DNA from: Acanthaster planci
Lineage: Eukaryota
Length of the DNA stretch: 62,000 bases
Assembly: GCF_001949145.1 (NCBI RefSeq)
Contig: NW_019091402.1
Location: 930,001-992,000 of the forward strand
Direction of reading: 5' to 3'
The notes beneath the pieces were generated by a model. It ran no database searches. It worked only from the letters and a program-made list of their open reading frames with translations, and was not told the DNA's origin. Shown here piece by piece: positions 25,016 to 37,359 of the stretch (its first letter is position 1; each line of letters starts with the position of its first letter). Both the position numbers and the translations under genes were made by a program.

Positions 25016-25919
25016 ATCTTTAGAAAGAAATGTTCAGGCCTTCCTGAGTGCTTTTTTTATTCTACAGGCTTTAAATTTCCAGTTTGGCAACAGAGGTGTC
25101 ACGTGATGTGAACTAGACGAGGCTCATTCAAACTCCTTCCAAGAATCGAATTCGAATCGATTCTTGCACTTTGCACTCAGTTCCATGGATCGAATCAACA
25201 ATCATACCTCCAATCGTGGGACTTTCAAAAACAGGAATCACCATAAAATCCTGTCTCCTCTGAAGACCACGCCACTGCGTTCCTCGAGGCATCGATATGC
25301 GTCGTGTAAGCTCGGCGCACAGTGTCGATCAGAGCCCAATTCATCGGTCAGCGTCTCCGTTGGGTATACACAATCCAACTCGTAGCTGGTGAACAAAAAG
25401 AGAGAAAAGTGTTCAAAACGAACTTTCGATCGCTATCTGATGAGGTGACCGTGTTTCAAATCCCCCGTGTACACGATTCCGACAAGGAGACCTGGTGGCT
25501 TTCTGACCAATTCTTTTGCTGCTGCCTCTGAGATCTTGGTCATTATCAGTGTTTGATCGCAGACATCTACTGACAGTCGCAAACAACGACGGAAAATGGT
25601 CGGCGAGATTCAATTTAATACACGTTGTTAGTTTGCTTTACGGCCTACCAAACCCCACGTGCATGATCAGCGAATTTAGATATTCTGAGCTAAGAGTACA
25701 TATTACCAAATCCTCCAACTAATCTATGCTGTGATAAGGCAATACCACTCACTTTTCCCTGTTTCACATTTTGAATCTCATAATCGAGGTAAATCAACAC
25801 GAACCTGATATTACTTAGAATAGTTGACAAAGGGGTAGCGTTTTTCTTATCCCTCAAACCCGACGTAGCAGACTATTATCTGGCAAATCAACTCATCGGT
25901 CAAAACGTTTCAAACTTAA

Positions 25920-26455
25920 AGTGGAGCTGCCATGAATTTTTATTCATGGCAATTTTTCGTTTACACTCCCATTTGGTTAAATGCATTGAAAAGAGCACTT
26001 TCTAAACACTTAAAATTATCCATGCTTTCCTGGACGACGGAGGGCGCTGTTCCTTTGAAGTCATCTGGGGAAGACATAATTCAGTGCATATGATTATTTT
26101 TCTTTTCGATTTGTGAACCCAGAATTTACTTACTGAAAAAAATTCCATGAAAGGGATTGATGCTTATTACCTTTCACACAAACAGCAATGAATCAGCAAA
26201 GAAGAGAAAAACTTGTTCATCAAAATCCACAAAATTGCAACATTCTTTGGTGTACAATGTTGCAACATTGGGGCTCTCTCCCCGGAACGACATCACAGCT
26301 CTGCTCATGAATATGGAAATGTCATAAGCATGAAAACCAAAAAGGCAGTAAAACACCCTTCAAAATAGTGAACGAAATGTTCAAAATAAGTCTCATTGAG
26401 ACATAAAGGTGCCTCTGGAAGATCTTTATTAAAACAAACTGATTGCAGCTACCCT
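25920..26455. mobile_element. Non-autonomous Kolobok-like DNA element, copy 1
   Basis: Flanked by TTAA on both sides, with termini AGTGGAGCTGC...GCAGCTACCCT. Internal sequence aligns with 31909-32502 (e.g. ATTTGGTTAAATGCA, GAGGGCGCTGT, GAAGTCATCTGGGGAAGAC, TGTGAACCCAGAATTTAC). Confidence 0.75.
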
Positions 26456-27030
26456 TTAAAACAGCAAAGGAGGGGATTTTACTCATGCTAATGGACTTAA
26501 CTAATAGAGTTGTTAATCCTGGTCCAGACAGTGCGGTTTGCGTCATAAACGTGTATCCATACGTACATGGTAAACTGTCGATAACTAATTGAGCTGAAAG
26601 CTTGGGAGACATAGGTCCACTGTCCTTGGGAACCGCGGCATCTCTGCGCGGACTCATGTTAAGGCTAAAGTCGACTTGTAAAACGTAACAAAAGAACCTT
26701 TTAACCGAGACTTTGGTTAAATGTTTCACAGATGGTAAATAAACGGAAGCTATTCCGTTTATTTTCCGGGTGATACAGCGTCCAAGGAGGTTTTTTGTCA
26801 AGGACAACAGGAAGACCAAAAATTAAAGTGGTTTTGCTCTCTCTGAAAAAAGCAGGCCTGCAGTAAAAGTCAGCACAGATGCCGTAAATGATAACAAATG
26901 TGATGCATTTTTGCAGGGAAAGATTATAAAGAGAAGATTGAAACTGGGCCGTCACTGAACACACTAAGTAGATCAAAATCAGAAGGCGAACTGAGGCGAA
27001 ACGCTCTACCAGGAAACCAGGGTGCTACCA

Positions 27031-27115
27031 GGGTGCAGTGCATGGTATCTTCCTCGCATTCCACCTCCGTTTAATACCCAGGTCCGAATCTCTCCCGGGT
27101 CAACAAGTGGATTGC
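27031..27115 (+). mobile_element. Degenerate tRNA-derived SINE head (same family as 41553-41807)
   Basis: Shares TTCCTCGC.TTCCAC and GTGGATTG with 41553-41807, and has a B-box-like GGTCCGAATC at 27081-27090. Confidence 0.4.
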
Positions 27116-27173
27116 CCAGACCAGAACCTGCGCGTTAACTTTGCCCGTAATTTTATCAGGGAGGTCATCCAAC

Positions 27174-27337
27174 CAGGCGCAGTTCTCAAACCGTTTTGGG
27201 AAGGGGGGTGCTAGACCCTTCGCACGGGACGCCGCCTTTCGCTACAGCTCTTTAATTTTGGCAAGTGGAGGGGGGCTAGACGAAAGTTTGATCATGGCTA
27301 AAGCCCCCTAGACCCCCCCCCGCCGGAATCGCGCCCG
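27174..27337. mobile_element. hAT-like MITE
   Basis: Termini CAGGCGCAGTTC...GAATCGCGCCCG, with an 8-bp target-site duplication CATCCAAC/CATCCAAT (7/8) and G/C-run subterminal tracts. Confidence 0.65.
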
Positions 27338-28309
27338 CATCCAATCTCTTTAACCTGAACACCCTCGTGGTATGGCTTAGAAACGTGAAGACCATTCTTC
27401 TTTATAATTAAATTGCAGTTAGTAACACAGACCGAGAACAATTACCAGAGAAATGTTTGAATGATCGGCTAGAAAATAAACGAAGAACTCTCTCCACGAC
27501 ACAGCCCTGCAGGTGTGTGTGCACATAATGGGAAATTGGTTTCTTTATTAAAAATGTCAATAGTAATAAATACTAACTTTACCAACTGGTTGCGAATCCA
27601 TGGAAAATAATCCACGGAAAAGCGAGGTATGATATCACTAATTAAAATTGTGGTATAATAAAAAAAAATGTTTTTCAGTTTTATTTCACCTTTCTCTTCC
27701 TTGAACTGATGTAAATATACATTGTCAAATTAAGACAACTTGCAGCTCAAGTTGTGATTAAATTATATTTGAATATCCACGAGTTTAGCTGTTCCCACCG
27801 AGGCACGCCCTATCGCGAAATAAGCATCAGACACATATCAGACAAATATGCAACTTTTTTTGCAAATAATCAGAAAGCATTTTATCAGCCCCTTCGGAAA
27901 TCTGATTTAATGAGCCCTTAAATTTGAACTTATTGGAGAATTTCCGGGGTAGGACAACATACCTGACTACAGCATTCTTTTATAACTCGAACAACTCCCT
28001 TGTAAGTTAGTTACTTTCCTTGTTCTTTTACTCCTAGCTTACAGATTCAGTAAAATAGTCCAAAGTTACCTCTGCAGCCTGGATAACTGTCCTTTCTCAC
28101 CTTTGCGCTATGTTTGATCATTTTGAGAAAGACGCAGCAATAAAAAAAATAATTGTAGCTATTTTTGGCAGTTGAAATGGGGCCTATTCTTTAGTGTCCT
28201 AAAGGGAGAGGTGTCCTAAAAGTTTGGAACATATCCCCCACCGACCAGAATTAATCAACATTTCATTCGTAATACTAAAATAATTAGTAGAAAGAGAACA
28301 AATACTCAC

Positions 28310-28398
28310 GTTTGCTCTGAGGAACGCTCGAGAGTATTTCCGCGAGACGGAGCTGCTGAATTGTAACGACTCCTGCGCAAACCAGTTCCTTTTTTATA
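28310..28398 (-). promoter_or_regulatory. TATA box plus putative short non-coding first exon (minus strand)
   Basis: Minus-strand TATAAAA at 28392-28398. A strong donor AAC|GTGAGT follows about 90 nt downstream (exon end 28310). An NRF1-like GCATGCGCA lies just upstream (~28429-28438). A candidate acceptor TTTCTTTCTAAAG sits 2 nt before the GPCR ATG. Confidence 0.4.
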
Positions 28399-31300
28399 CC
28401 CGCAACGCCCAGTCAGCGGGGACACAGACGCATGCGCATTGTGCTCCAACCGTCTCAGGGAGAAATTTGACCATCCTGCCCAATTATTTCCTCGCCATTG
28501 AATTCAGAGTTCACGTATGTATTTGTCATTAGCTTTTTCACACGGATGCCAAGTTCTGAAAAGATCAGATAAGGACAGCCTCTCCCCTGGCTTTGGAAGT
28601 CTGTTCCTTTGTGGGTTACACGGGATTCGATGATACATTTTGACAGGATGGCATCTCCCAAAGCCCTATTTTATAACTACATTTTGTTTTCCCTTTGTTC
28701 ATCCGGGCGGTCCTTGCTTCCGCAGTTCAACTGTACGTTCTGCAAGTCACCCTATTTACCATTTGAAATGTTATCAGGCGTGGGGAGCCAGTCCACCGCT
28801 AGAAAGCGTGAATAAGACACGTACATGTCATCTGTCGTTGCCAGGCACACCATGCATTTTGTTTAAAATCGGCAAGGGGCCCGTCCAACAAACAAGGCAT
28901 TAGGCGATGTGGAATGAAATTCCGCAAAACCTTAAGAAATAACCTCATTTGACTTAAGTAATGAAACCCCAAAACTAGTAGCCGGTGGTGGCATTGTTTT
29001 GTTGTCAGGTCAGTCCAGGGCAGAGAATTTGGTCCTCCGCTATGTTTTGCTTGGATTTTTTGCGTTTATTTTTAGTCTCAGTTTGCATCTCGATGGGGAT
29101 CGTCATTGGGGAATAACAGAGAGATTGCATTTGGAAATCACGGACTGCCAGGAAGATGGTGCAGAAGGCAGAAGGCCTATGTTCATTCTATTTGAGGTGC
29201 CTTTGCACTATATCCGCCTTAAGCAGAAGCACCCCCTCATCGGTCGAAAAGAGCCATGTTGGTCAGGAGTATGTTCATTATTTTTGTTGGTAGCAACTCA
29301 CCCGAAACCCGTGCATTTCATAGTCCTTTGGGAATCAGCGAAGTGCAGTTCTGACCAAAGGAGCCGCCGTTGCGAAGAAAATTGCGCCCTCTATTGGTCC
29401 AGCTGGGAGCCCATAGGTCATTTTCAAATACCCAACTTCGGCTCCGTCTCAGGCTTCAACTGGTTTTTTTTTACCAGCTGGCTTTGAAGCTGTAAGCGCA
29501 GTAATTAGTCTAATAGTGCCACAGAACATCAAATAAGATGCAAGAAAGCCAAACATTACAGTAATCCAATGTAGTTTAAAACACTTCGGGCCCACAATCG
29601 GGGATTGGTTTTGGGAACGAAGCCTGAGACGGAGACGAAGTTGAGTATTGGAAAACGGCCCAGGTTCCACAACAAACAATTGCTTCACCTTGCCAAAATA
29701 CTATGGCATAAACGTCAGCTTGATTTATTCAAACCCTTTACTGTCTGACAGTTAATGAATCATATTATTAACAGCCTATTTCAAAACACTTCCTGTTTAG
29801 TAGATTGATTTGGTAATTGTAATCGGTTTATTTAATAATACTCTATCTTCAGTTCGAGGTCAGTGTTGAAATTAATTGAATTTGTCCAATCTGGCATTGG
29901 ATTAAATTGTATTGAATAAAAGTGCTTTTACCTGTAACAGTTTAATTTGAAGAGTATTCGATGTGCCTCGGTTGGTATTCCTATTGTAAATGATAAATTA
30001 CCTTTCTCTATCAGGCATGCTACTTTGGGGCAAAGCGAAAAGAGCTGGGAAACTGGAAAAAGTAAAAGTAATTGTTTTAAGACTAGAGAATCAAATGCCC
30101 GAGAATCAACACCCCTCTAATGACACAAAGCCTCACTCTGTTTATTTGGTTTTTTTTTCTTCTCCAAGGGTCCAAAGGTCTCAAACTCGGTGAGTAAATG
30201 TGAAGTGTTGGGAAAACAACAGGCCCCACCCGACAAATTAAACAGCAATGAAATTAGTGGATATTTGCGTTTGCAGGTACCGTGACAGTTTCGGAGCCTG
30301 GAAACCGAGTATTAAATAAAGGCGGTATTTGAACTCGTTCGAGGTTGAGTAATAAGGACACAAATACATGATTTCACAAAAAGGATGGATGGATTAAGTG
30401 CTAGTAACCAAATGTACTAGATTTCTTTGCATCTCATACGTAAAAAATATATCAATCAATCAATTCGTGAAATTTTAACTTTTTTATAAATGAATTCACC
30501 AAACAATAAAACAGCTAAATTTTGAGGAATATTTTACATTTAAATTTGTCAATTATAACAAACCAAATAAAAAGACGCTCTACATAATGAGAACTTTGGC
30601 CAGCTTCAACACTTACTTAAACATCTATACCTGCCTACAAGCTCGGCACGTACGTAGCCCGGATACGGAAGTTTCTCGGAGGATGCACAAAATGAATCAA
30701 ATGACAAATGGTTGTTTAGTTGATAAGCGCAGTCGAGCCAACGGCAGCGCAGAAATGCAATGTCTGAGGGATTCACAAAAGACGGGAAATTATGTGGTTC
30801 TATCAGTGCGACGACACGCATCAGACTGTTTGGACTCCTTGCTATTTTGCCTTGTACAAGGGATGCCTTCGGTGGCAGTCACGACGGAGGTCTAGCCTGC
30901 CAACTCCCGATCTGAAGTGAAACGCTGCTGCGTGTGGGAAAGGACTGTGCGGTAATTAGGCACAAAAATTGCCGGCGCTGGCCGAATCACGATTTGTATG
31001 CTGTCTAATTCGTCGCTGTAGTAAAATATTTTTGTGGCCCTTGGACTATAGTGTGGAAGGCATCCACATGACTGCTAGCTTGTTTGTGTATTTATCATCC
31101 GTGGCAGCGACCTTACTTACAGAGAAGCCATTTTTAACTGTGTTCCCTGAGTCTATCGTAGTTTACTGAAGTGGCGCCAGACTATTTGGGGTACCAAGAC
31201 GCATTGTCGGTTTTTTTTTTTATTGGATTGGTCCCCGTCCCTACTATAGGAACCACTAACCAGCTGGCTTTTGTGGTCCGTGGTTGGCTTAGCTCTGTGT

Positions 31301-31908
31301 AGGCATAGTTGCCTTTTCTATTTATAGAAATGATGTTTACAAACAACCTTTCGTGCGTGTGACAGCCGAGCACATGGCTCTTGGAAAAACTTTAGAACTT
31401 TTTTCCCCTGTAATTATGGAAGTGGTTACCCCTAAAAAGCAGATAAATACGTCTGAAAATTGTGTTGCGCGCAAAATGACTAAGTATAGAGTGTTAATCC
31501 ATTCAAGAAAGCCTTTCAAATTTTTGTCGCGTGACAGTGTTGCATTGCAGGAAAGTTGGCTAATTTCCTCATTTACATAAAACCCGCAGGATTCCTCCAA
31601 AATCATTACCTGCTACCAGTCCCTATGGGTTCGGAGGACGCCTGCAAGACGTCTGAAGACCAAGTACGGGACAGTAGCCAGTCTATTTTAATGTGACTTA
31701 AAAGAATTGGTTCTAAATAATTCTTAATGTATCAAGTGACCAGTAAGGTGTGATTAACCTTTGTTTTTTCCTGTCATCCTCACTGATCAGGTTCTGAAAA
31801 TGGACTGTTAACCTCACTTTCGATTCAAGATGGCCGACACATGAATCCGGTGTAGTCACTTATCTGCGCAGGTAAGGATGGGACAGAGCAAAAAAAGGCG
31901 GAATTTAA

Positions 31909-32502
31909 AGTGTAGCTGCAATGAATTTTTCTTCGACACAATTTTTCTGCATCTTTGTACTTTTCATCATATGCATTAAATCTCTTCCACACTCCTATTT
32001 GGTTAAATGCACTGAAAAGTGCACACTTTTAAACGATCAAAATTGTCCATTTTTTCCCGGGCAATGAGGGCGCTGTTGCTGTGAAGTCATCTGGGGAAGA
32101 CACGGCTCAATGCATAGGCAGCTGTGTTCAACTTGTGAACCCAGAATTTACGAATAACTGATAACATTTCTGAGAGAGGTATTGATGGTTTCTTATTGCT
32201 ATGCACATAAACAACAGCGAATCAGCTGAGCAAAGAAGAGAAAACTTAGTCCAGGAAAATCTACAAACATGCAGGACTTTTTTGTGTGCAAGCCAGTGTA
32301 ACATTGAGGCTTCTTAATTCCTGATACATGTATGACATTACAGTTTTGCTCATGAATACGGTAACAATCATTAGCATAAAAAGCAAAAAACGCATTAAAA
32401 TACCCCGTCAAAAAGTGAAACCAAAGTTTAAAAATGAGGTTTACTGAGGCACATGGGTGCATTTTACAGGTTTGTAGTCAAAAACATTGATTGCAGCTAC
32501 CT
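31909..32502. mobile_element. Non-autonomous Kolobok-like DNA element, copy 2
   Basis: TTAA|AGTGTAGCTGCAAT...ATTGCAGCTACCT|TTAA, collinear with copy 1. Confidence 0.78.
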
Positions 32503-33967
32503 TTAAGGTTCTGTCCGATGTTTGTTACAGCCGGCGGTGAAGCACACGCTTAAAGGGGTCATGTGGGCCAAGCGCTTTTCTTGGGTAGTCAAAGCCAACT
32601 TACTGAATAGAAAAAAAGAAGTGAATACATTTCAGATTCTGTAAACACAATTAAAATGGTCTAAGAATTCTCAATGGTAGCAATTTGAATTTAAATGTAA
32701 TACGTAAACTTCAATTTTGTAACAGGTAAATTGTCAAACAAGTCACGCTGTGTACACACATGTATTTCACAGGATTAATTAAGATATCTAAAAATATGAC
32801 AACTTTATTACCTGGCCCATATTTCTCAAGATTAGTCCATCTTTGAGCCAAGCATTAATTGGCTTTTGGCTGTCTTTCCCCTGTAATTTGACACAACATT
32901 TTAACATTTTGAAAAAGTGTTCTCACAGAATAGGACGTTCTCGGACATGGTGTGGTGTAACTTGCACTTTTTCGTTTAACACGAGGGTGCTCGCGTGCAG
33001 CATGCAGTGAATAATTAATGACTAAACTGAGCTTGAGCATTGTGTACTCAGCGGCAACTGTGTGATCATACTCCACTCTCATTCCATTGCGAGACTGGAA
33101 TCTCCATCTTTATTTATCAGTATAAATCAAACTATATCTTTTAGTACAGGATTTCTGGTATCGACAATTGCTTGTATTATAAGTTTCAAGCGCGGATTTG
33201 GTGAGATGGAACCTCCGGTTCAATACTTCAGGGGAAAATTAAATTTCCTTCCTTGAATTAACCTCATTCAATATTTTCAATTTCGATGTTTTGCTTAAAC
33301 ATGTATATGTACACGTAGGCCAATTTAGTCTCCCTGTAATTGTTGACTTTGGTACAATACCCACCCCCTTGGAATAGCCCGGATTCGCCTATAGCATGTT
33401 GCTCTTTGTCCACGAAATCGCTAATGATCAAAGGTCTAGTCTGTCTCTTGACTATAACAGATGGGTTTATACTTTATTGTACAGAGGAAGGGGCGGAGTA
33501 TTTTTCATTTGAAAGATGGGAACGCCCACGTCCGGACTTTACCTCGGCGGATCAGTCACACTCGCAGACTTGATAAATCTGATCAAATTGGAAGCCAGTT
33601 TGCTGTGAGATCGTGGTGATCCTTCAGGACAATGTGCCATGTATATCACAGAATGGTTGTTCAGAGTATTAATGTTAACACATCTGACTGACGACAGGGC
33701 ACGTGGGCGAGTTCGATAATGCAGGTTGTCAGGCAATCATGTACGTGTACTGGTACCTCAGCATTGTTTAATGCCGACCTCATATGAGGCCCTGTAGGAA
33801 TATTTAGGTATTTTATTAGATATCGCATTGAAAGCTTTGCTTTTACAGGGCCCATAACAATGCTTGGTATACTTGGTAACGTTCATTCCGAGCACCGTTC
33901 TATTCATGACAAATATTTGGCATCCCTTTCTTTTCTTTTGGGGGGGGGTGGAAGTAATCTTATTGAT

Positions 33968-34062
33968 AAACGCACTTTTTCAACTGTGGAAGTTTTCCAC
34001 GCTGTTCCTGGCAAATGAGGGCGCTGTCGCTGTGATGTCATTTCAGGAGGACATTGTTCATT
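33968..34062. repeat. Internal fragment of the same Kolobok-like family
   Basis: GCACTTTT...TCCACGCTGTTCCTGGCAAATGAGGGCGCTGTCGCTGTGATGTCAT resembles the internal region of the two copies above. Confidence 0.5.
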
Positions 34063-35775
34063 AATTTGGGGAGTATGTAACGGGCAATTGATAACACAGC
34101 ACAAAGTATTTTCTTTAATAAAAAAAAACCAGCGGGCGCACGTCACAACCACACTTGAGCACCCTGGCTGCAGGGCAGAAGGCGTGGTAAATTGAATGCA
34201 CAGGCTGCCACGCTTGAAGTGTTGACTTTCTGTTGACGGATCAGTCCTCCGTGGTTTGTTTCGCGGTGAATTAAGAGGCACTTGCACATTGTCTAATGGA
34301 TAATGGAGCATTTCAGGACGTCATTAATCAATAGTGATGCATTTATGAGGACCTTTTCCCCCGAGGAACACAATGAATGGGTCACCCGAAAGCCCATGTC
34401 AGGCACCGCTAATGCGAAAGCTAATCTGGCTATTCAGCTGGTCATAAATGAACTTTGGCGGAGATTCAAGTGGCATAACCGGAACCTCACGAGGTTACAC
34501 CCCCCCACACACACACACACAGCGCGTATCCACACATGCGTCAGTGCAAGCCCTTGAAAACCTGTGTACCTACAGTTGCCCGCTCAGAATTTTCATCCAA
34601 GTTAGTAAGCTACTGAGCTGACAGCTCTCATCTGAGCCAGGATCGACAAGCAATATTTAAGGCAGCAATTCTCCCAGACAATTACCATATAGCAACAATC
34701 AAGCGTACAAAATTAAAAAGCGACGGGTCTGAGGCTGTGACTATTAAAACCCAAGAGGGCGATATAGCACGAAAAAGAGGCAAGAACTCCGATTACGGGC
34801 TATGGTCGACAAAGCACTGGACTGCATCACAACACACGAATTCAATTAAGCCTCTTAACCGATCGCAGTTGGAAAAACTTTGAGTTTAGTTTTCGTGTCA
34901 TGTGACCGATATACACATTTCTAATCAAAATCTTAATGGCTTTCTTCCTAGTGCAATGCCCCTGCTGCTTCAGATACGTGGTAAAACCCCGATCATGTGT
35001 TAAAGGAATATTTCGCTTCAATCACACAGCTAAAGTTGACAAGTCTAACCACTCTTAAATTTAGCTCCTCTTGCACCCTCATTACAAATAACATTATTTT
35101 ATTGCCATTATTTAAATCATTTTAAAAAAGGCTCTAGAAAATGCAGTTGAAGCAGGTTCCATCTTGTGGGTAGATTTCATCAGAGCAAAAGCTTTCTTTC
35201 AAGTTGAGCCCGTGTGTCCAGGTGCATGCAACTGTAAAAAAAATAATTCAACAAAAAGACTTTTTCCCAGAAATAAAAAAGCTATCCACATGTGATACGC
35301 GTCAATCAAATAAGTGCCTATACCACTCTATCGCTTAGTCTTTGATAAACCTGTTTCCAGCACCCGAGTCTAAAAACCTTGGAGGCCCGCAAGTGCCAAA
35401 TCTTGTCTTGTCTCGTTTGAGCTCGCGATCGTTACTTTAATAACAGTTCCATGTTTTGTTTGGGAAAGGAAGTTCAAAGTTGCCCCCCAATTTTGCCGAC
35501 ATGTCAAATTTGAATGACAAGCGATAGATTTCTAAACCTGTAAGTACGCTCATACATGTACACATTTTGACCAACTTTAACACAGCTAAAGAGATATCGC
35601 TGCATTCCTCATCCATTTCAAATTCATTGACCCTAACCGAACTTACATTTGGCAAATGCCACGTGCAAGCACATGGCAAACAAGTCGTCTAAAGCGTTCA
35701 AATAAACTAATGTAAGTAAAGGTTTTGTCCATGGGTGAGATTAAAATGGCTGCCGTGTGATAAGCTGTAACGATG

Positions 35776-37359
35776 TCATAAGATGGGCGGATTGGCACGA
35801 CACGCTGCTGAACAACTTCGGTAATACAGCCACTCTTCCACCATTTGTTTACGGGTCTTGTACTCAGCCGCCGGGCAAAACTCCGGTGGCTCCTCGACAG
35901 TGATCACCGCCGGTTCCTTCGATTCCTCTGGTTCTGGTTCCACAGCCTGTTCAGGAGTTGGCACCTCTAGAACTGTCGGTTCTGGTTCCTGGGGTGGAGG
36001 TTCGACTGGTGGTATCGATTCTGTTGACTTCTTCTTTGCTCCTTTCTTGCTGCCGCGTTTGCCCTTGGAGCTGCCGGGCTTCTTGCGCTTTTCCCTGGGC
36101 GTAGTCGGCAACGAGGCGCAGGCTTCCGAGGACGCGGACCCCGGAAAGGGTTTCTTAGGAGAAGTTCTCCGAGACGAGACGGGCTTGTGCGACCGGATGG
36201 TCCGGGTACTGACCAGTTTTTCACGGAACGTCACACGCTTCCCTTGCCCGGCCCCACCGCTGCCGTCGTCGCTCGGTCGGCGCTCGTCCATCTTCAGAAT
36301 TGGCTGCGGCGAGCTACTGCCTGAGCGTTCCCCCTCTACCCCCGGCGCTGCAGGGGCAACAGACGACCTCTTCTTAGCGGATTTCCTCGCACCCTTCCCT
36401 TTCTTGGAGTTCTTCTCCTTCTTTGATCCTTTACCTTTCTTGGAAGATCTCTTCCTGCTGCCCTTACTGCTGCTAGAAACGACGGACGATACTTCATCCT
36501 TGGTTTGGTTCTCGATACTTTCTGCTGCGGCGAGTTCTTGCTCCAATTTTTCTTTAGCGATTCTTTCCGCCTCCAGCTGAAGTCGTTGGAGTTCCAAAGC
36601 TTCCTTCGCTTTCCTCTCCTCGTACTCCTTCTTCATGTCTTCGAGGATGAGCATCATCTCGGCTTTTTCCTTCCTCTTTCTCTCCCTGGTCTCTTCCTCG
36701 ACGATTTTTTCTTCCTTCTTCCTCCTCCAGTACTGCTCTCGATCGACCTCTCTCATCTTGTCCGTGAATTCCGCCTTCAGCGAGAAGTCGTTCAGGTTCT
36801 GATCCGAGGCAGTCTTAACTCGTCGCAGGTACCGGTAGATGCTGGGCCGGGGCGGCTCGACGGCCCCTCGCGTGCTTGCCACAGCCAGTCGGTCGACGGA
36901 GCCTTTGTTGATGTACGAATCGAACGACCGGCCGCCTTTGACGAGGGGCGAGGTGCAGCGGGTCGGTCGGAGCTTGAGCGTGGTTCTGCTGTCCAGCATG
37001 GGGGAGTTCGCGCCTGAAGACCCGTAGCTGCTCCCGGGGCGTGAGCTGCAGGGCGAGGCACTGCTCGGCCGCGCTGGGGAAGCGCGACCGGATGCCGTTT
37101 GTTCCTCCTCAGCTATCTGCACCGCTTTCTCGAAGAGACACTTGCCCAGGACGGCCTGAAACTGCGACTCGATGTCTACAGTCTGCGGGATGACGTGCAG
37201 GGACTCAGCGGAGAAACTACGGGCCGGTTGACGGGACCCGGCGGGTGGGGCCCAGGACGGCACGCTGCGTGCTGTCAATCCTGGAGTCACGTTCAACGAG
37301 TTCAATCCCATTGCCGACGATGACACAGAGCGAAAGTGGTTCTTTCTTTGCGAAAACAT
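35776..37359 (-). CDS. Uncharacterised intronless 527-aa protein: Ser/Pro-rich N-terminus, Glu/Lys coiled-coil, Lys-rich basic tracts, short structured C-terminal motif
   Basis: 1584-nt ATG-initiated ORF with a GC-rich coding-like composition against an AT-rich background. Coiled-coil-like stretch EREQYWRRKKEEKIVEEETRERKRKEKAEMMLILEDMKKEYEERK. Basic tracts such as KKGKGSKKEKNSKKGKGARKSAKKRS. C-terminus EFCPAAEYKTRKQMVEEWLYYRSC. Confidence 0.8.
   Translation of the reverse strand: MFSQRKNHFRSVSSSAMGLNSLNVTPGLTARSVPSWAPPAGSRQPARSFSAESLHVIPQTVDIESQFQAVLGKCLFEKAVQIAEEEQTASGRASPARPSSASPCSSRPGSSYGSSGANSPMLDSRTTLKLRPTRCTSPLVKGGRSFDSYINKGSVDRLAVASTRGAVEPPRPSIYRYLRRVKTASDQNLNDFSLKAEFTDKMREVDREQYWRRKKEEKIVEEETRERKRKEKAEMMLILEDMKKEYEERKAKEALELQRLQLEAERIAKEKLEQELAAAESIENQTKDEVSSVVSSSSKGSRKRSSKKGKGSKKEKNSKKGKGARKSAKKRSSVAPAAPGVEGERSGSSSPQPILKMDERRPSDDGSGGAGQGKRVTFREKLVSTRTIRSHKPVSSRRTSPKKPFPGSASSEACASLPTTPREKRKKPGSSKGKRGSKKGAKKKSTESIPPVEPPPQEPEPTVLEVPTPEQAVEPEPEESKEPAVITVEEPPEFCPAAEYKTRKQMVEEWLYYRSCSAACRANPPIL

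Noticed and set aside
28999..29487. 162-aa plus-strand ORF with an acceptor-like site near 29075
   Set aside because: Non-ATG start, no recognisable motif and no partner exons found.
35858..37017. Plus-strand ORFs of 240 and 170 aa
   Set aside because: Antisense shadows of the GC-rich 527-aa ORF with no independent coding signal.
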